Source: Clostridia bacterium
Lineage (GTDB): Bacteria; Bacillota; SHA-98; UBA4971
Length of the DNA stretch: 64,000 nt
Direction: 5' to 3'
NCBI GenBank assembly: GCA_050261175.1
Contig: JBLNDA010000100.1
Location: forward strand, 1,858 to 65,857
Shown here piece after piece: positions 1 through 9,593 of this stretch. The first letter of the stretch is position 1. Each line of letters begins with the position of its first letter. A program made the translations under genes and the position numbers. A model generated the notes under the pieces. The model saw only the letters and a list, made by a program, of their open reading frames with translations, ran no database searches and was not told the DNA's origin.

Positions 1-452
1 AGGACATCCTCGGCCGACCTCACGACGCGGGCGTCGCCTCCTGCGAACCCGACGAGGCCGACGACCTCGGAATGCCCCTTGTCTCCGACGATGAATACCT
101 GGTAACCATCGCGTTTCAAATCCGCGACCAGCCTCTGAGTGCGGCGGACATTGGGACACGTGGCGTGGACCACGTTGAGTCCGCGTCTCTCCGCCTCTTC
201 CAGCAAATCCGGCGGCAGCCCGTGAGACGGCACGACGAGGATTCCATCTTTGATCTCATCGAGGCCCGCGACGGGCGTAACGCCCTTTCCCCTCAGCCTT
301 TCCACAACTTGCGGGTTGTGCACGAGCGGCCCGAGCGTGAACGCTGGCCCCTTCGAGCCCGCTTCTTCCGCGATTCCCACTGCGCGGCGGACCCCGTAGC
401 AGAACCCGGTCCGCTCGCTCAGAGTAACGTGAAGCCCGTTATTCCCTTCCAC
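1..452 (-). CDS. ispH: 4-hydroxy-3-methylbut-2-enyl diphosphate reductase, N-terminal part (gene runs off the window start)
   Basis: Absent from the ORF track because no stop lies in the window. My minus-strand translation from GTG at 450-452 reads VEGNNGLHVTLSERTGFCYGVRRAV...GPLVHNPQVV...VVPSHG...HATCPNV. This matches the IspH/LytB GFCxGVxRA, HN, SHG and TCP motifs. A GGGAG SD lies ~8 nt upstream. Confidence 0.8.
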   Translation of the reverse strand, partial: MEGNNGLHVTLSERTGFCYGVRRAVGIAEEAGSKGPAFTLGPLVHNPQVVERLRGKGVTPVAGLDEIKDGILVVPSHGLPPDLLEEAERRGLNVVHATCPNVRRTQRLVADLKRDGYQVFIVGDKGHSEVVGLVGFAGGDARVVRSAEDV

Positions 453-479
453 TTATTATCTCCCGCCGAAGGACGAAGA

Positions 480-1112
480 TTATCTCGCCGCCTGAGCGCC
501 TCCTGCGATGAGTTCCGCTATGTGCTGCATCATCAGGCTCTTCAGGTCGACGCTCTCCCTCCCCGCCTCCTGTGCCTGCCCTTGATGGCAGCTGGACGCG
601 TATATCGGCCTGCCCACTCTCACCGAGATCCTTCCGGGCCTCGGAAGCACCGCGCCCTTGCGGAGGATCTTGTCCGTGCCGACGATTCCCACGGGCACGA
701 TCGGTGCGCCCGTCTTCTCCGCAAGCACCACTGCCCCTGAATACGGCGCCTGGAGTCGGCCCGTGAGGCTCCGCGTGCCCTCGGGGAATACGCCGAGTAC
801 CTGCCCCTTGAGGAGGATCTCGATGGCCTTGTGGAACGCCTCCCTGTCAGCCTGCCCGCGTCTTACGGGAAACGCGCCCACGCCCGACAGGATCCAGGCG
901 AACAGCCGGTTCGAGAACAGCTCGTGTTTGGCCATGAACCTGACCGGTCTTGCTACCGCGCACCCGAGGACTATCGGGTCAAGCATGCTCAGATGGTTCG
1001 CCACCAGGATTACAGGCCCTTCCGAGGGGATGTTGTCCTCACCCTCAACCCTCGTCTTAAAGGCGATCTTCAGGATTACCCGCAAGATCGCCCGCGCTAT
1101 CACGTAGAACAA
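480..1112 (-). CDS. plsC: 1-acyl-sn-glycerol-3-phosphate acyltransferase
   Basis: 210 aa. Carries the HX4D acyltransferase motif NHLSMLD and the FPEGTRS block. Overlaps the cmk stop, the usual cmk-plsC arrangement. Confidence 0.85.
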   Translation of the reverse strand: MFYVIARAILRVILKIAFKTRVEGEDNIPSEGPVILVANHLSMLDPIVLGCAVARPVRFMAKHELFSNRLFAWILSGVGAFPVRRGQADREAFHKAIEILLKGQVLGVFPEGTRSLTGRLQAPYSGAVVLAEKTGAPIVPVGIVGTDKILRKGAVLPRPGRISVRVGRPIYASSCHQGQAQEAGRESVDLKSLMMQHIAELIAGGAQAAR

Positions 1113-1864
1113 GCTCGTTCCTCCTCAGCGCGCGACGAAACAGGCGCGGGTACGTGTTGGCCCGTCGCGCATGCGACCAGCCGGGCGACTTCGGCGATGG
1201 TCTCATCGGGGGTCTTGCCGGTGGTGTCGATGATGACCGCGTCAGGCGCCGGGCGCAGCGGCGCGACTTCGCGCCCGCTGTCCAACCTGTCTCGATGGGC
1301 CACCCCATCCGCCACCACCCCGCGACAGGTCTCACATCCTCGTTCTCGAGCCTGGGCAACGCGCCTCCGGATCCTTTCCTCAAGCGTAGCGACGAGGAAT
1401 ATCTTCACGTCGGCATCGGGAGCCACGACCGTGCCGATATCCCTCCCGTCCATAACGACGCCGCCCTCGCGCGAAAGCGACCTCTGTCGGTCGAGCAGCG
1501 CCAGCCTCACCCCCGGGACCCGGGCCACCTCCGACACACACGCGTCAACTTCTGGCGAGGTGAGGCTGTCGGTGACGTCCTCGCCGTCGAGGAGCGTGCG
1601 CGAATCGCCGTGGGCGTCCTGGCATATGGTGATGTCACACGATCTCGCAAGCGCCGCGAGGGACTCGCCTGATCTGACGTCCACTCCGAGGCGTAAAGCC
1701 TTGAGCGCCACCGCCCGGTAGAAATGGCCGGTGCTGACATAGCGGAGCCCGAACATGCTGGCGATGGCCTTCGCCACGGTGCTCTTGCCCGCGCCGGCCG
1801 GACCGTCGATGGCGATCACAGGGCGCTTCGTTCTAGCTTTTGCCTTATTCGACATGTGTTCCAC
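1100..1864 (-). CDS. cmk: cytidylate kinase
   Basis: P-loop IAIDGPAGAGKSTVAK and cytidylate-kinase length. The true start may be the internal Met (MSNK...). Confidence 0.9.
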   Translation of the reverse strand: MEHMSNKAKARTKRPVIAIDGPAGAGKSTVAKAIASMFGLRYVSTGHFYRAVALKALRLGVDVRSGESLAALARSCDITICQDAHGDSRTLLDGEDVTDSLTSPEVDACVSEVARVPGVRLALLDRQRSLSREGGVVMDGRDIGTVVAPDADVKIFLVATLEERIRRRVAQARERGCETCRGVVADGVAHRDRLDSGREVAPLRPAPDAVIIDTTGKTPDETIAEVARLVACATGQHVPAPVSSRAEEERACST

Positions 1865-1899
1865 GATTCCTCTTCTTCCACACTGAATTGCCGCTTAAA

Positions 1900-2100
1900 T
1901 CATTGTACGCCCTTGAGTACACGCACCGCCACCCCCTCGAGACGATCCGCCCTGCTGATGCGCTCCCTTCCCCGCTCTGTGAGAAGCGCTGCCTGCCCGA
2001 CGACGGCAAGCGTCAAGAGCACCAGGAACATCACCCAGAAGGCCTGCTCGAGACGGACGAGGAGATTGCTGTCCCTGGAGGAGCCGCGGCTACCTGGCAT
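1900..2100 (-). CDS. hypothetical small membrane protein (one predicted TM helix)
   Basis: 66-aa ORF in the cmk/flavoprotein gap with the hydrophobic stretch FWVMFLVLLTLAVVGQAALL. No family recognised. Overlaps the upstream stop by 11 nt. Confidence 0.25.
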   Translation of the reverse strand: MPGSRGSSRDSNLLVRLEQAFWVMFLVLLTLAVVGQAALLTERGRERISRADRLEGVAVRVLKGVQ

Positions 2101-3388
2101 CGCGAGCCACCGCCTCTCCCGTGGCGGCAGAGAGGCCTGCCAGGTAGCCAGTGGAGAACGCTGCTTGGAGGTTGAAGCCGCCCGTGGTGCCGTCCACGTC
2201 GATCACCTCCCCAGCGAAGTACAACCCCGACACCAGCTTGGAGCCCATGGTGCGTGGGTCGATCTCGTCCACGCTCACCCCGCCCGCGGTTACCATACCT
2301 TCCTCCATCGGCCGGGTCCCCCTGACCGTGAGGATGAGGCCCTTGATGGCGCGCCCCAGCGCAAGCCTCTCTTCACGCGTGACTTGTGAAACCGGCTTCT
2401 CTTCGGCCATATGCGCTTCGCGGACCACGATGGATATGAGCCTCGCCGGCGCAAGCTCGATCAGTGCGTTGGGAACCCGGCGGCGAAAGTGCCGGTCGAA
2501 AGCTTGCAGAAGTTCTCTGTCGATCTCCGCCAGGGTAAGCCCCGGCTTGAGGTCGACCACGAGCCGCGCTGGGCCCTCCCCGCGGCTGAGGGCAAGGGCG
2601 ATGTCTCTCGAGAGGGCGAGGATCACCGGGCCGGACACTCCGAAATGCGTGAAGAGCATCTCCCCGAACCCCGTCCCCAATCTTCGCCCTGCCACGAATG
2701 ACTCCACCCCGACGTTCCACAGTGTGAGACCGGCAAGGCCCGGGATCCAAGGCTCCTCGATCTCGAGCGGCACCAGGGACGCCCTCGGCTCCACTATCGT
2801 ATGGCCTAGCTCTCGCGCCATCCGGTGTCCGTTGCCAGTGGACCCGGTCATCGGGTAAGTCACCCCGCCTGTGGCGATTATCGCCGCGTCACAGGACACG
2901 AGCCCGGGGTTCATCGGCACCCTGCCCGCCACGACACCGCGCACATGGCCGTCCCTCACGAGAATCCGCTCGGCTTTCCAGAGGCACTTCACCTCCACGC
3001 CCTTCTTGCGGGCGCAGGTCGCGAGGGCGGCCAACACGTCCCTTCCCACCCCGGAGAACGGGAAAACCCTCCCGTCGACCTCTGTCACGCTCTCCACGCC
3101 CAGGCTGGCGAGGAACCGCCTCAGCTTCGTGGAGTCTAGCGCGGCGAAGGCGGAGTACAAGAATTCGCCGTTACCTGGCATTCCGGCCACCAGGCCCTGG
3201 ACATCGGTGTCGTGAGTAAAGTTGCACCTGCCCCCTCCGGTCAGAAGGAGTTTGCGCCCGACCTCGGGGTTGCGCTCGAGCAACGTGACCCTCGCGCCGT
3301 TTCGGGCCGCCGTGATGGCAGCCATGAGGCCGGCGGGTCCGCCCCCTATCACGATCACGCGTCGTCCTCCGCCAGACTCCCTACTCAA
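2090..3388 (-). CDS. HI0933/YhiN-family NAD(P)/FAD-dependent oxidoreductase
   Basis: 432 aa. N-terminal Rossmann motif VIVIGGGPAGLMAA and C-terminal YFAGEVIDVDGTTGGFNLQ, typical of the HI0933-like flavoprotein family. Confidence 0.8.
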   Translation of the reverse strand: MSRESGGGRRVIVIGGGPAGLMAAITAARNGARVTLLERNPEVGRKLLLTGGGRCNFTHDTDVQGLVAGMPGNGEFLYSAFAALDSTKLRRFLASLGVESVTEVDGRVFPFSGVGRDVLAALATCARKKGVEVKCLWKAERILVRDGHVRGVVAGRVPMNPGLVSCDAAIIATGGVTYPMTGSTGNGHRMARELGHTIVEPRASLVPLEIEEPWIPGLAGLTLWNVGVESFVAGRRLGTGFGEMLFTHFGVSGPVILALSRDIALALSRGEGPARLVVDLKPGLTLAEIDRELLQAFDRHFRRRVPNALIELAPARLISIVVREAHMAEEKPVSQVTREERLALGRAIKGLILTVRGTRPMEEGMVTAGGVSVDEIDPRTMGSKLVSGLYFAGEVIDVDGTTGGFNLQAAFSTGYLAGLSAATGEAVARDAR

Positions 3389-3530
3389 GTTTCAGTAGAC
3401 CTCGCACCCAGTCTCGAATGGCCGGTGTCGCACAGGCCCCGGTTACACATGCCACACTATTCTGCACAAGGCCTCAATATCCTGCCCGCCCTGTGCCAAC
3501 TTCATCCTAATCCGCCGGACGCGCCCGGCT

Positions 3531-4307
3531 CTAGGCTCCATTTCCAGCGCCTTTCGAACGCCTCGCGTTTCCCGCGGCTTTCGCCGCAAGCCCTTGCACC
3601 CATCGAACCTCATCTGGAGTCAGATGCCTCCACGACCCGATTTCCAGGTCGCCCAGGACGAGCCTCCCAAGGCGAGTCCTTTTCAAATGCAGCACCGGGT
3701 GGCCCACCGCGGAGAGCATGTTCCGGACCTCGCGCTTCCTGCCCTCGTGAATCTCGACCTCCAGCACAGCTGAAACGGAGTCGCTTCTCACCACTCTCAC
3801 CCGCGCCGGCGCCGTGACCACGTCCCCCAGCCTAACTCCGCGTCTGAGCGCTTCGAGCGCACGTTCGTCCGGCACCCCCTGCACCCTCGCTATGTACGTT
3901 TTCGGCACCTCAAACCCGGGATGGGTGAGCGCGTACGCCGCGTCCCCGTCATTGGTGAGAAGGAGGAGGCCTTCGGTGTCGAAATCCAGCCTGCCCACTG
4001 GGAAAAGCCTGTGACGGCCTGGCGGGACGAGGTCCAGCACGGTCGGGCGGCATTGCGGGTCCCGAGCCGTGCAAAGGTAACCAGCGGGTTTGTTGAGCAA
4101 GAAGTACACCTTGGTGTCGTCGATTGCAACGGGTCTCCCGTCGACGCTGACCTTGGCGCGCGACGGGTCCACCCTCGCCCCGGGCTCGCGCACCACCACG
4201 CCATCCACCTGCACGCGGCCCTGCCTGACGATGTCGGCGCTGTGCCTCCTTGAAGCGACTCCCGCCCGTGCGAGCACTTTCTGAAGTCTCTCCATGGTAG
4301 GACCCAC
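3531..4307 (-). CDS. rluB: 23S rRNA pseudouridine synthase (RsuA/RluB family) with S4 domain
   Basis: S4 motif RLQKVLARAGVASRR and catalytic-loop context FPVGRLDFDTEGLLLLTNDG. Confidence 0.85.
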   Translation of the reverse strand: MGPTMERLQKVLARAGVASRRHSADIVRQGRVQVDGVVVREPGARVDPSRAKVSVDGRPVAIDDTKVYFLLNKPAGYLCTARDPQCRPTVLDLVPPGRHRLFPVGRLDFDTEGLLLLTNDGDAAYALTHPGFEVPKTYIARVQGVPDERALEALRRGVRLGDVVTAPARVRVVRSDSVSAVLEVEIHEGRKREVRNMLSAVGHPVLHLKRTRLGRLVLGDLEIGSWRHLTPDEVRWVQGLAAKAAGNARRSKGAGNGA

Positions 4308-4316
4308 CGATCGTGG

Positions 4317-4967
4317 CTACCTCATTTTCTTCAGCCTGTCCAGGCTCTCGACCGAGCCGAGGATCACGAGCACGTCGCCTTCGTGAACCCGGTCGTCGGC
4401 GCCCGGGGAGATCTTCACGTTGTCGCCGCTGCGGATGGCGACCACATTGGCTCCGAAGCGGGTCCGGAGGTTCAGCTCCCTCAGAGTCTTGTCGCCGAAT
4501 TCCTCGGTTGCCATGATCTCCGCCACTCCGTAATCGGGAGACAACTCGATGTACTCGAGGATGTTGGATGAGCCCAGACTGTTGGCCAGTCTGACCCCCA
4601 TGTCCCGCTCCGGGTATACCACCCGATCCACGCCCAGCTTCTCGAGGAGTCTGCCGTGAAGCTCGTCTGTGGCCTTGGCGACCACCTGCCCGACTCCGAT
4701 CTCTTTCAGTATCATGCACGCCAGAATGCTCGACCTGATGTCCTGACCAACCGTTACGACGGCCACGTCTACGTTGCGGATTCCAAGAGCGCGGAGAGCC
4801 TCTTCGTCGGTGGCATCGGCCTGCACCGCGTGGGTCACGTCGTCAGCAACGTGTTGGACCTTGTCGGGGTCAATGTCAATGGCGAGGACCTCGTGACCCA
4901 TCTTGCTGAGAGTCCGGGCCACGCTCGTGCCGAACTTTCCCAGGCCGATCACGGCGAATTGGCGCAT
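4317..4967 (-). CDS. ktrA: K+ uptake system NAD-binding regulatory subunit (TrkA-N/TrkA-C)
   Basis: FAVIGLGKFGTSVARTL Rossmann motif and ~216 aa length. Start moved to ATG 4965-4967, which has GGAG 9 nt upstream. Confidence 0.8.
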   Translation of the reverse strand: MRQFAVIGLGKFGTSVARTLSKMGHEVLAIDIDPDKVQHVADDVTHAVQADATDEEALRALGIRNVDVAVVTVGQDIRSSILACMILKEIGVGQVVAKATDELHGRLLEKLGVDRVVYPERDMGVRLANSLGSSNILEYIELSPDYGVAEIMATEEFGDKTLRELNLRTRFGANVVAIRSGDNVKISPGADDRVHEGDVLVILGSVESLDRLKKMR

Positions 4968-5123
4968 GGATATCATCTCCATTCAGGCTGTACAGTAGTC
5001 GGCGGGCAGGCGAAGTGCACGCAAGAGCGGTGCACCAGCCAACCCTCCGGCCGAAGGGATCTCTTCTGTCAGGAAGATTCTACTGCACAACCAAGGAGAA
5101 TGCAAGTTGGGGAGAATGCGGGC

Positions 5124-5585
5124 TCACTGGGCCCCGCCCTGGACGTTCGGCCTCTGGGCGTGGGCCTCTGGGGTAGGAGGGCTCTGGCGCCTTCTACCGG
5201 ACATCTGGCCGATAAGGGAAGGCACCACGTCGATGAGCCTGTCGATTATGGCCCCTCCATCTACGGGCAACGCGCGGACCTGCCCCTGCCCCACTACGAG
5301 GAACGCCACCGGCTGCACGGTTATCCCAGCTCCCGCACCACCCCCGAAGGGAAGGGCCCCCGCTCCGTTCGCCGCGCCCCCCTGGCCTTGACCCGGGGTA
5401 CCTCCGCCTGCCGCTTGAAACTCGCTACCACCTGCGGCGAACCCGAACGTCACGCGGGATACCGGCAGGATGACCGTCCCGTCCGGGGTCTCAACGGGAT
5501 CCCCCAGGATGGTGTTGACATCCACCATCTCCTTGATGCTGTCCATGGTCGTCTTCATGAGCGCCTCTATCGGGTGGTCGGGCAT
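5124..5585 (-). CDS. ytfJ: sporulation protein YtfJ/GerW family
   Basis: MDSIKEMVDVNTILGDPVETPDGTVILPVSRVTFGFAAGGSEF is the characteristic YtfJ N-terminus. A Gly-rich central region follows. Confidence 0.8.
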   Translation of the reverse strand: MPDHPIEALMKTTMDSIKEMVDVNTILGDPVETPDGTVILPVSRVTFGFAAGGSEFQAAGGGTPGQGQGGAANGAGALPFGGGAGAGITVQPVAFLVVGQGQVRALPVDGGAIIDRLIDVVPSLIGQMSGRRRQSPPTPEAHAQRPNVQGGAQ

Positions 5586-6325
5586 GACACGCGTCGCCTC
5601 CTGCGCTTCAACTGGATGCCCCGGAGGATAATATAACCTGGTGCAAGAGCCACTATGCAGTCCACGAAGGCATCAAACCCAGCGCGGTCGTAGCGCGGCG
5701 TGATCGTTATCTCGGGCCGTCCCATGGGGAACCGGAGCGGCACGGGACACGCGGCGAGACCCGCGTTGATGAGGGCGTATGCCAGCCCCACTCCGATGGC
5801 ACTCGCGGCGGCCTCCCCCGAACCAAGCTCCACACAGATTCGAAGCCTGTGCACTTCCAGTCCTGTCGACTTCAGGGCCGCGTAAAGGAAGCGGCCGACG
5901 CGCTTGCGCACATCACGCCGGCGTTGCGGCGCCTCCCGCGGCGACGCTCGCTTAACGCGGCCCGACCGCCCGCGGTGCGAGGCCCGGCCGGTCCGACCCC
6001 TACCACCCTGTTGCGCGTCGCCGTCGCTTGAGTCTCCAAGAGCCTGGAGAAACGCCCGGGACCGGGACATCCATCCCGCCACGACGGACGTCGCGTCTTC
6101 CCCTTCTCCCGTCACCTCCCCGCCCGTCTCCTCCTTGGGGCGTGGCACCTTCCGGTAGACCGGGATCCATATGAGCCCCGACAGGATACCCACCCATACG
6201 CGAATGAGGTTGTGACCGGCCGTCCTGACGAAACGCACCGACACCTTCAGCGGAAGCATGACAAGGATGAGTAGGAGCGCTGCGATGCCGGGAATGCAGG
6301 CTATGACGATGACAGCCCAGCGCAA
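5567..6325 (-). CDS. DUF2953 (YtfI-like) sporulation membrane protein
   Basis: Sits directly upstream of and overlapping ytfJ, as ytfI-ytfJ does in Bacillus. Has an N-terminal TM segment, and the C-terminal ITITPRYDRAGFDAFVDCIVAL is DUF2953-like. Contains an Arg-rich low-complexity insert. Confidence 0.55.
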   Translation of the reverse strand: MRWAVIVIACIPGIAALLLILVMLPLKVSVRFVRTAGHNLIRVWVGILSGLIWIPVYRKVPRPKEETGGEVTGEGEDATSVVAGWMSRSRAFLQALGDSSDGDAQQGGRGRTGRASHRGRSGRVKRASPREAPQRRRDVRKRVGRFLYAALKSTGLEVHRLRICVELGSGEAAASAIGVGLAYALINAGLAACPVPLRFPMGRPEITITPRYDRAGFDAFVDCIVALAPGYIILRGIQLKRRRRRVSCPTTR

Positions 6326-6431
6326 CTTGGTCGCCTCCGTCCTCGCCTCTGCATGGCAGGCTGCGATGTCGAGAGGGTCACGCGCGTTCCGGCCTCCTCC
6401 CTAGGAGGTGCCCCATCATGCCTCACCGGTA

Positions 6432-7025
6432 TTATTCCCGGGAAGACCGCCGCGCACCCCCACGACTGGATGACCGCCGGGCCATGGAGCGGAGTCCGAA
6501 GCCGGGGAGCGTCGCTGCGTCTCCTTCGATGGGAGGGAGATCGTCGAGGGATGCCAGGCCGAACCAGCGAAGGAACTCCGGAGTCGTTCCGTACAGGACG
6601 GGCCGGCCGGGCGCCTTCTTGCGGCCCACCGGTCGCACCAGCCCTCGCTCGATCAGCGTGTTGAGCACGCCGTCGACCCTCACTCCACGGATGGTCTCCA
6701 GCTCGGCCCTGGTGATGGGCTGCCTGTAAGCTATCATGGCCACAGTCTCGAGCGCAGGTTTGGAGAGCGCCTGCCGGGTCCCGACGTTCAGCCTGGCTAT
6801 GTAGTCGGCATGCGCGGGCCTCGTCGCCATCTGATAGCCGCCCGCCACGAAGACGATCTGCATGCCCCGTCCTTCCTCGTCATACTCCCGCCGGAGGTCG
6901 TCCACGATCGTATCCGCCGTCCGGGGATCGATCCCGAGGATCTCTCCCATCTCCCGCGCGGTGACCGGGCGGGGCGACGCGAAAACCATCGCCTCGATGG
7001 CGGCTCTGGCTTCTCTATACTCCAT
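6432..7025 (-). CDS. scpB: segregation and condensation protein B
   Basis: IEAMVFASPRPVT...ALETVAMIAYRQPITRAELETIRGV motifs. Directly follows scpA. Confidence 0.9.
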   Translation of the reverse strand: MEYREARAAIEAMVFASPRPVTAREMGEILGIDPRTADTIVDDLRREYDEEGRGMQIVFVAGGYQMATRPAHADYIARLNVGTRQALSKPALETVAMIAYRQPITRAELETIRGVRVDGVLNTLIERGLVRPVGRKKAPGRPVLYGTTPEFLRWFGLASLDDLPPIEGDAATLPGFGLRSMARRSSSRGGARRSSRE

Positions 7026-7809
7026 GGTCAGAGCCTCCGGTCGCAGGCAGTATCAGAATTTCCCCGAAATGGGCGTCCTGGCGCACGACTGCTTTCGCAA
7101 GCCTTATGAGCTCCAAGAGCGCGAGGAATACAGCTATCACCTCAGAACGGGTGATGACAGAGCCGTCGAAAAGCTCCCGGAATACGAGCTTGCCGTTCTG
7201 GCGGAGGCGGACGAGGATGGCATCCATCTTGTCTTCTATGGAGAGGTCGTCCTCTGGGAGGGCGGTGAACTCATCCTCGGGAATCCCTTCGAGCACCCTC
7301 CGAAGGGCCTGGACGAGATCGGAGAGGCTCACCCCCTCAGGAGAGCGCGCGCTACGGGCCTCGGACGGAAAGGAGTCCCGCAGGTACACCAGGCGCCACG
7401 TTTCATCGCGCCTCGCAAGCTCCTCCACGGCCTCCTTGAAGACGCGGTATTCCATGAGGTGGGCTATGAGCGCGCTGTCCCCGTCGTCCCGATCGCCGTC
7501 TTCGCCTCCCCCATTGCTGTCCCCGGCCATACCTTCACCTTCGTCGGACACACCTTGCGGTTCGCCGGCCTCCGGCTCCGGCGGCAGGAGAGCCTTCGCC
7601 TTGGCAGCCACTAGAGCGCTCGCCGCTGCAAGCAGCCCGCCCACTTCGTCGAGACCAGGCTCCCCCGAGCGTTCCAGTCCGTCAAAACAGGCTTGAATCA
7701 CCTCGTGAATCGACACAGACAGGGCGTCGACGTCCCCCCTCTCGATGGCCCGCGCAAGGTCTTCGAGCGTGCCGGAAAAGCCTGGGATGTTCACCTGTGT
7801 CGTGGTCAA
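7015..7809 (-). CDS. scpA: segregation and condensation protein A
   Basis: 264 aa with FSGTLEDLARAI and a C-terminal IAVFLALLELIR kleisin signature. Overlaps scpB. Confidence 0.85.
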   Translation of the reverse strand: MTTTQVNIPGFSGTLEDLARAIERGDVDALSVSIHEVIQACFDGLERSGEPGLDEVGGLLAAASALVAAKAKALLPPEPEAGEPQGVSDEGEGMAGDSNGGGEDGDRDDGDSALIAHLMEYRVFKEAVEELARRDETWRLVYLRDSFPSEARSARSPEGVSLSDLVQALRRVLEGIPEDEFTALPEDDLSIEDKMDAILVRLRQNGKLVFRELFDGSVITRSEVIAVFLALLELIRLAKAVVRQDAHFGEILILPATGGSDHGV

Positions 7810-8786
7810 ATCCGCATCGCCTTCCTGACTTCCTCGAGGGTTGCCTCGGCCATCGCGCTCGCCCGCCTCGCCCCGTCAGCCAGTATGTCGTCCACCAGGC
7901 TCGGTTCCTTCTCCAAAGCGCGTCTGCGTTGCCGGATGGGCTCGAGGAATTCGTTCACCGCATCTGCCAGCCGTCTCTTGCACTCGACGCACCCCATGCC
8001 CGCGTTCACGCACTCCCGCGTTATATCATCGATCGTCGTGCGGGAGAAGACCTTGTGGAACGCGTACACGGAGCACACGTCCGGATGGCCGGGGTCGGTG
8101 CGGCGGATCCTGGCCGGGTCCGTGACCATGTTCTCTATGGCCTTGCGGACCTTATCGGCGCTGGCCGACATCTCTATGACGTTGTTGTAGCTCTTGCTCA
8201 TTTTCCGCCCGTCCGTGCCCGGCAGGAGGACGACTTCGTTCAGCTTGGGCTGCGGCTCCGGGAACACGGGGCCGTAGAGGAAGTTGAACCGCCTGGCTAT
8301 CTCCCTTGTAAGCTCCAGATGAGGCAGTTGATCCTCGCCGACCGGCACGGCGTCGGCTTTGTACACGAGGATATCCGCCGCCATCAGCACAGGGTACCCA
8401 AGGAACCCGTGAGTCATGATCTCGCGCCCCTCGAGCTCGCGAAGCTGTTCCTTGTACGTGGGGCAACGCTCGAGCCAAGAAAGCGGCGTGATCATCGAGA
8501 ACAGGAGAGAGAGCTCGGCATGCTGCTTCACGTCGGACTGCCGCATGATAACGCTCTTTCCCGGGTCTATCCCGGCCGCGAGGTAATCCATCACGAGTTC
8601 CCTGGTATTCGCCTTGATCTCGCTCGTGTCCTCGTATGCCGTGGTCAGTGCGTGCCAGTCCACGACGCCGTAGACGCAGTCGTAGTCATCTTGAAGCCTG
8701 ACCCAGTTCACGAGGGCGCCGAAGAGATTCCCCAAATGCAGCTTCCCGGTCGGTCGCATGCCGCTGAATATCCTTGGCTTCGCCAT
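7806..8786 (-). CDS. trpS: tryptophan--tRNA ligase
   Basis: Class I motifs: a HIGH-like TGKLHLGN and KMSKS. Start moved to internal ATG 8784-8786 (MAKPRIFSGMRPTG...); the Arg-rich N-terminal extension in the track looks non-coding. Confidence 0.9.
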   Translation of the reverse strand: MAKPRIFSGMRPTGKLHLGNLFGALVNWVRLQDDYDCVYGVVDWHALTTAYEDTSEIKANTRELVMDYLAAGIDPGKSVIMRQSDVKQHAELSLLFSMITPLSWLERCPTYKEQLRELEGREIMTHGFLGYPVLMAADILVYKADAVPVGEDQLPHLELTREIARRFNFLYGPVFPEPQPKLNEVVLLPGTDGRKMSKSYNNVIEMSASADKVRKAIENMVTDPARIRRTDPGHPDVCSVYAFHKVFSRTTIDDITRECVNAGMGCVECKRRLADAVNEFLEPIRQRRRALEKEPSLVDDILADGARRASAMAEATLEEVRKAMRI

Positions 8787-8886
8787 ACACGCATCCCCCT
8801 CTACTGTCCCTCGCCCGCCGCTCCGTCGCGACCTCCAGCGCGCTTGCGGCCACCTCCGCGCCCGCGTTCGGAACGGCACGAGGCCC

Positions 8887-9492
8887 TCATAACAGCCTCT
8901 GTCCGAGCACCAGCAGCGCCAGGAGGCTCATGATCGGCGCTACTATGATCCTAGTCGCGCCGCTGAATACCAGGAGCAAGAGAATGAACGACCCGTAGGA
9001 CTCCAGTTGGTGGTAGATGTAGAGATTCCTGCCGCGGAGCACCCCGAGCAGCAGTCTCGAGCCGTCCAGCGGTGGGACGGGTATTAGGTTGAATGCTGCA
9101 AGCCCGAGGTTTATGACGATCCCGGATACGACCAGGCGGCCCAGGGTATAGGGCATCGGGAGTCCCAGTCTCAACGGTATGGCCAGGAGGAAAGCGAGGC
9201 CCACGTTGGCGAGGGGCCCGGCCACCCCCACCAGCATCATCCCGCGTCTCCAGTCCTTGAAATAGGCGGGGTTGACCGGGACAGGCTTGGCCCATCCGAA
9301 CCTCTGCGTGAGAATGAGCGTGAGACTCCCGAACACATCCAGATGGGCCAGGGGATTGAGCGTAAGCCTCCCCTGCCATCTCGCGGTCGGGTCGCCGAGG
9401 GCGTTCGCCATCGCGGCATGGGCGTATTCGTGAACAGTCAGGGACAAGAGTATTATGGGCAGCGTCACCAGGATGGAAGCAAGGTCCAGCAT
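8887..9492 (-). CDS. site-2 protease family (M50) zinc metalloprotease
   Basis: HEYAHA zinc motif inside a TM helix, a polytopic hydrophobic profile, and a downstream LDG motif. Confidence 0.8.
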   Translation of the reverse strand: MLDLASILVTLPIILLSLTVHEYAHAAMANALGDPTARWQGRLTLNPLAHLDVFGSLTLILTQRFGWAKPVPVNPAYFKDWRRGMMLVGVAGPLANVGLAFLLAIPLRLGLPMPYTLGRLVVSGIVINLGLAAFNLIPVPPLDGSRLLLGVLRGRNLYIYHQLESYGSFILLLLVFSGATRIIVAPIMSLLALLVLGQRLL

Positions 9493-9593
9493 CCATTCCC
9501 CCCGCGCGTGTCATGATCGGGTTATACTCCGGCCGGGCGCCGGTTTCCTGCCGGGTAGAACCCGCGGCCCTCCGGTTCTTTCGTGCGCGTCGC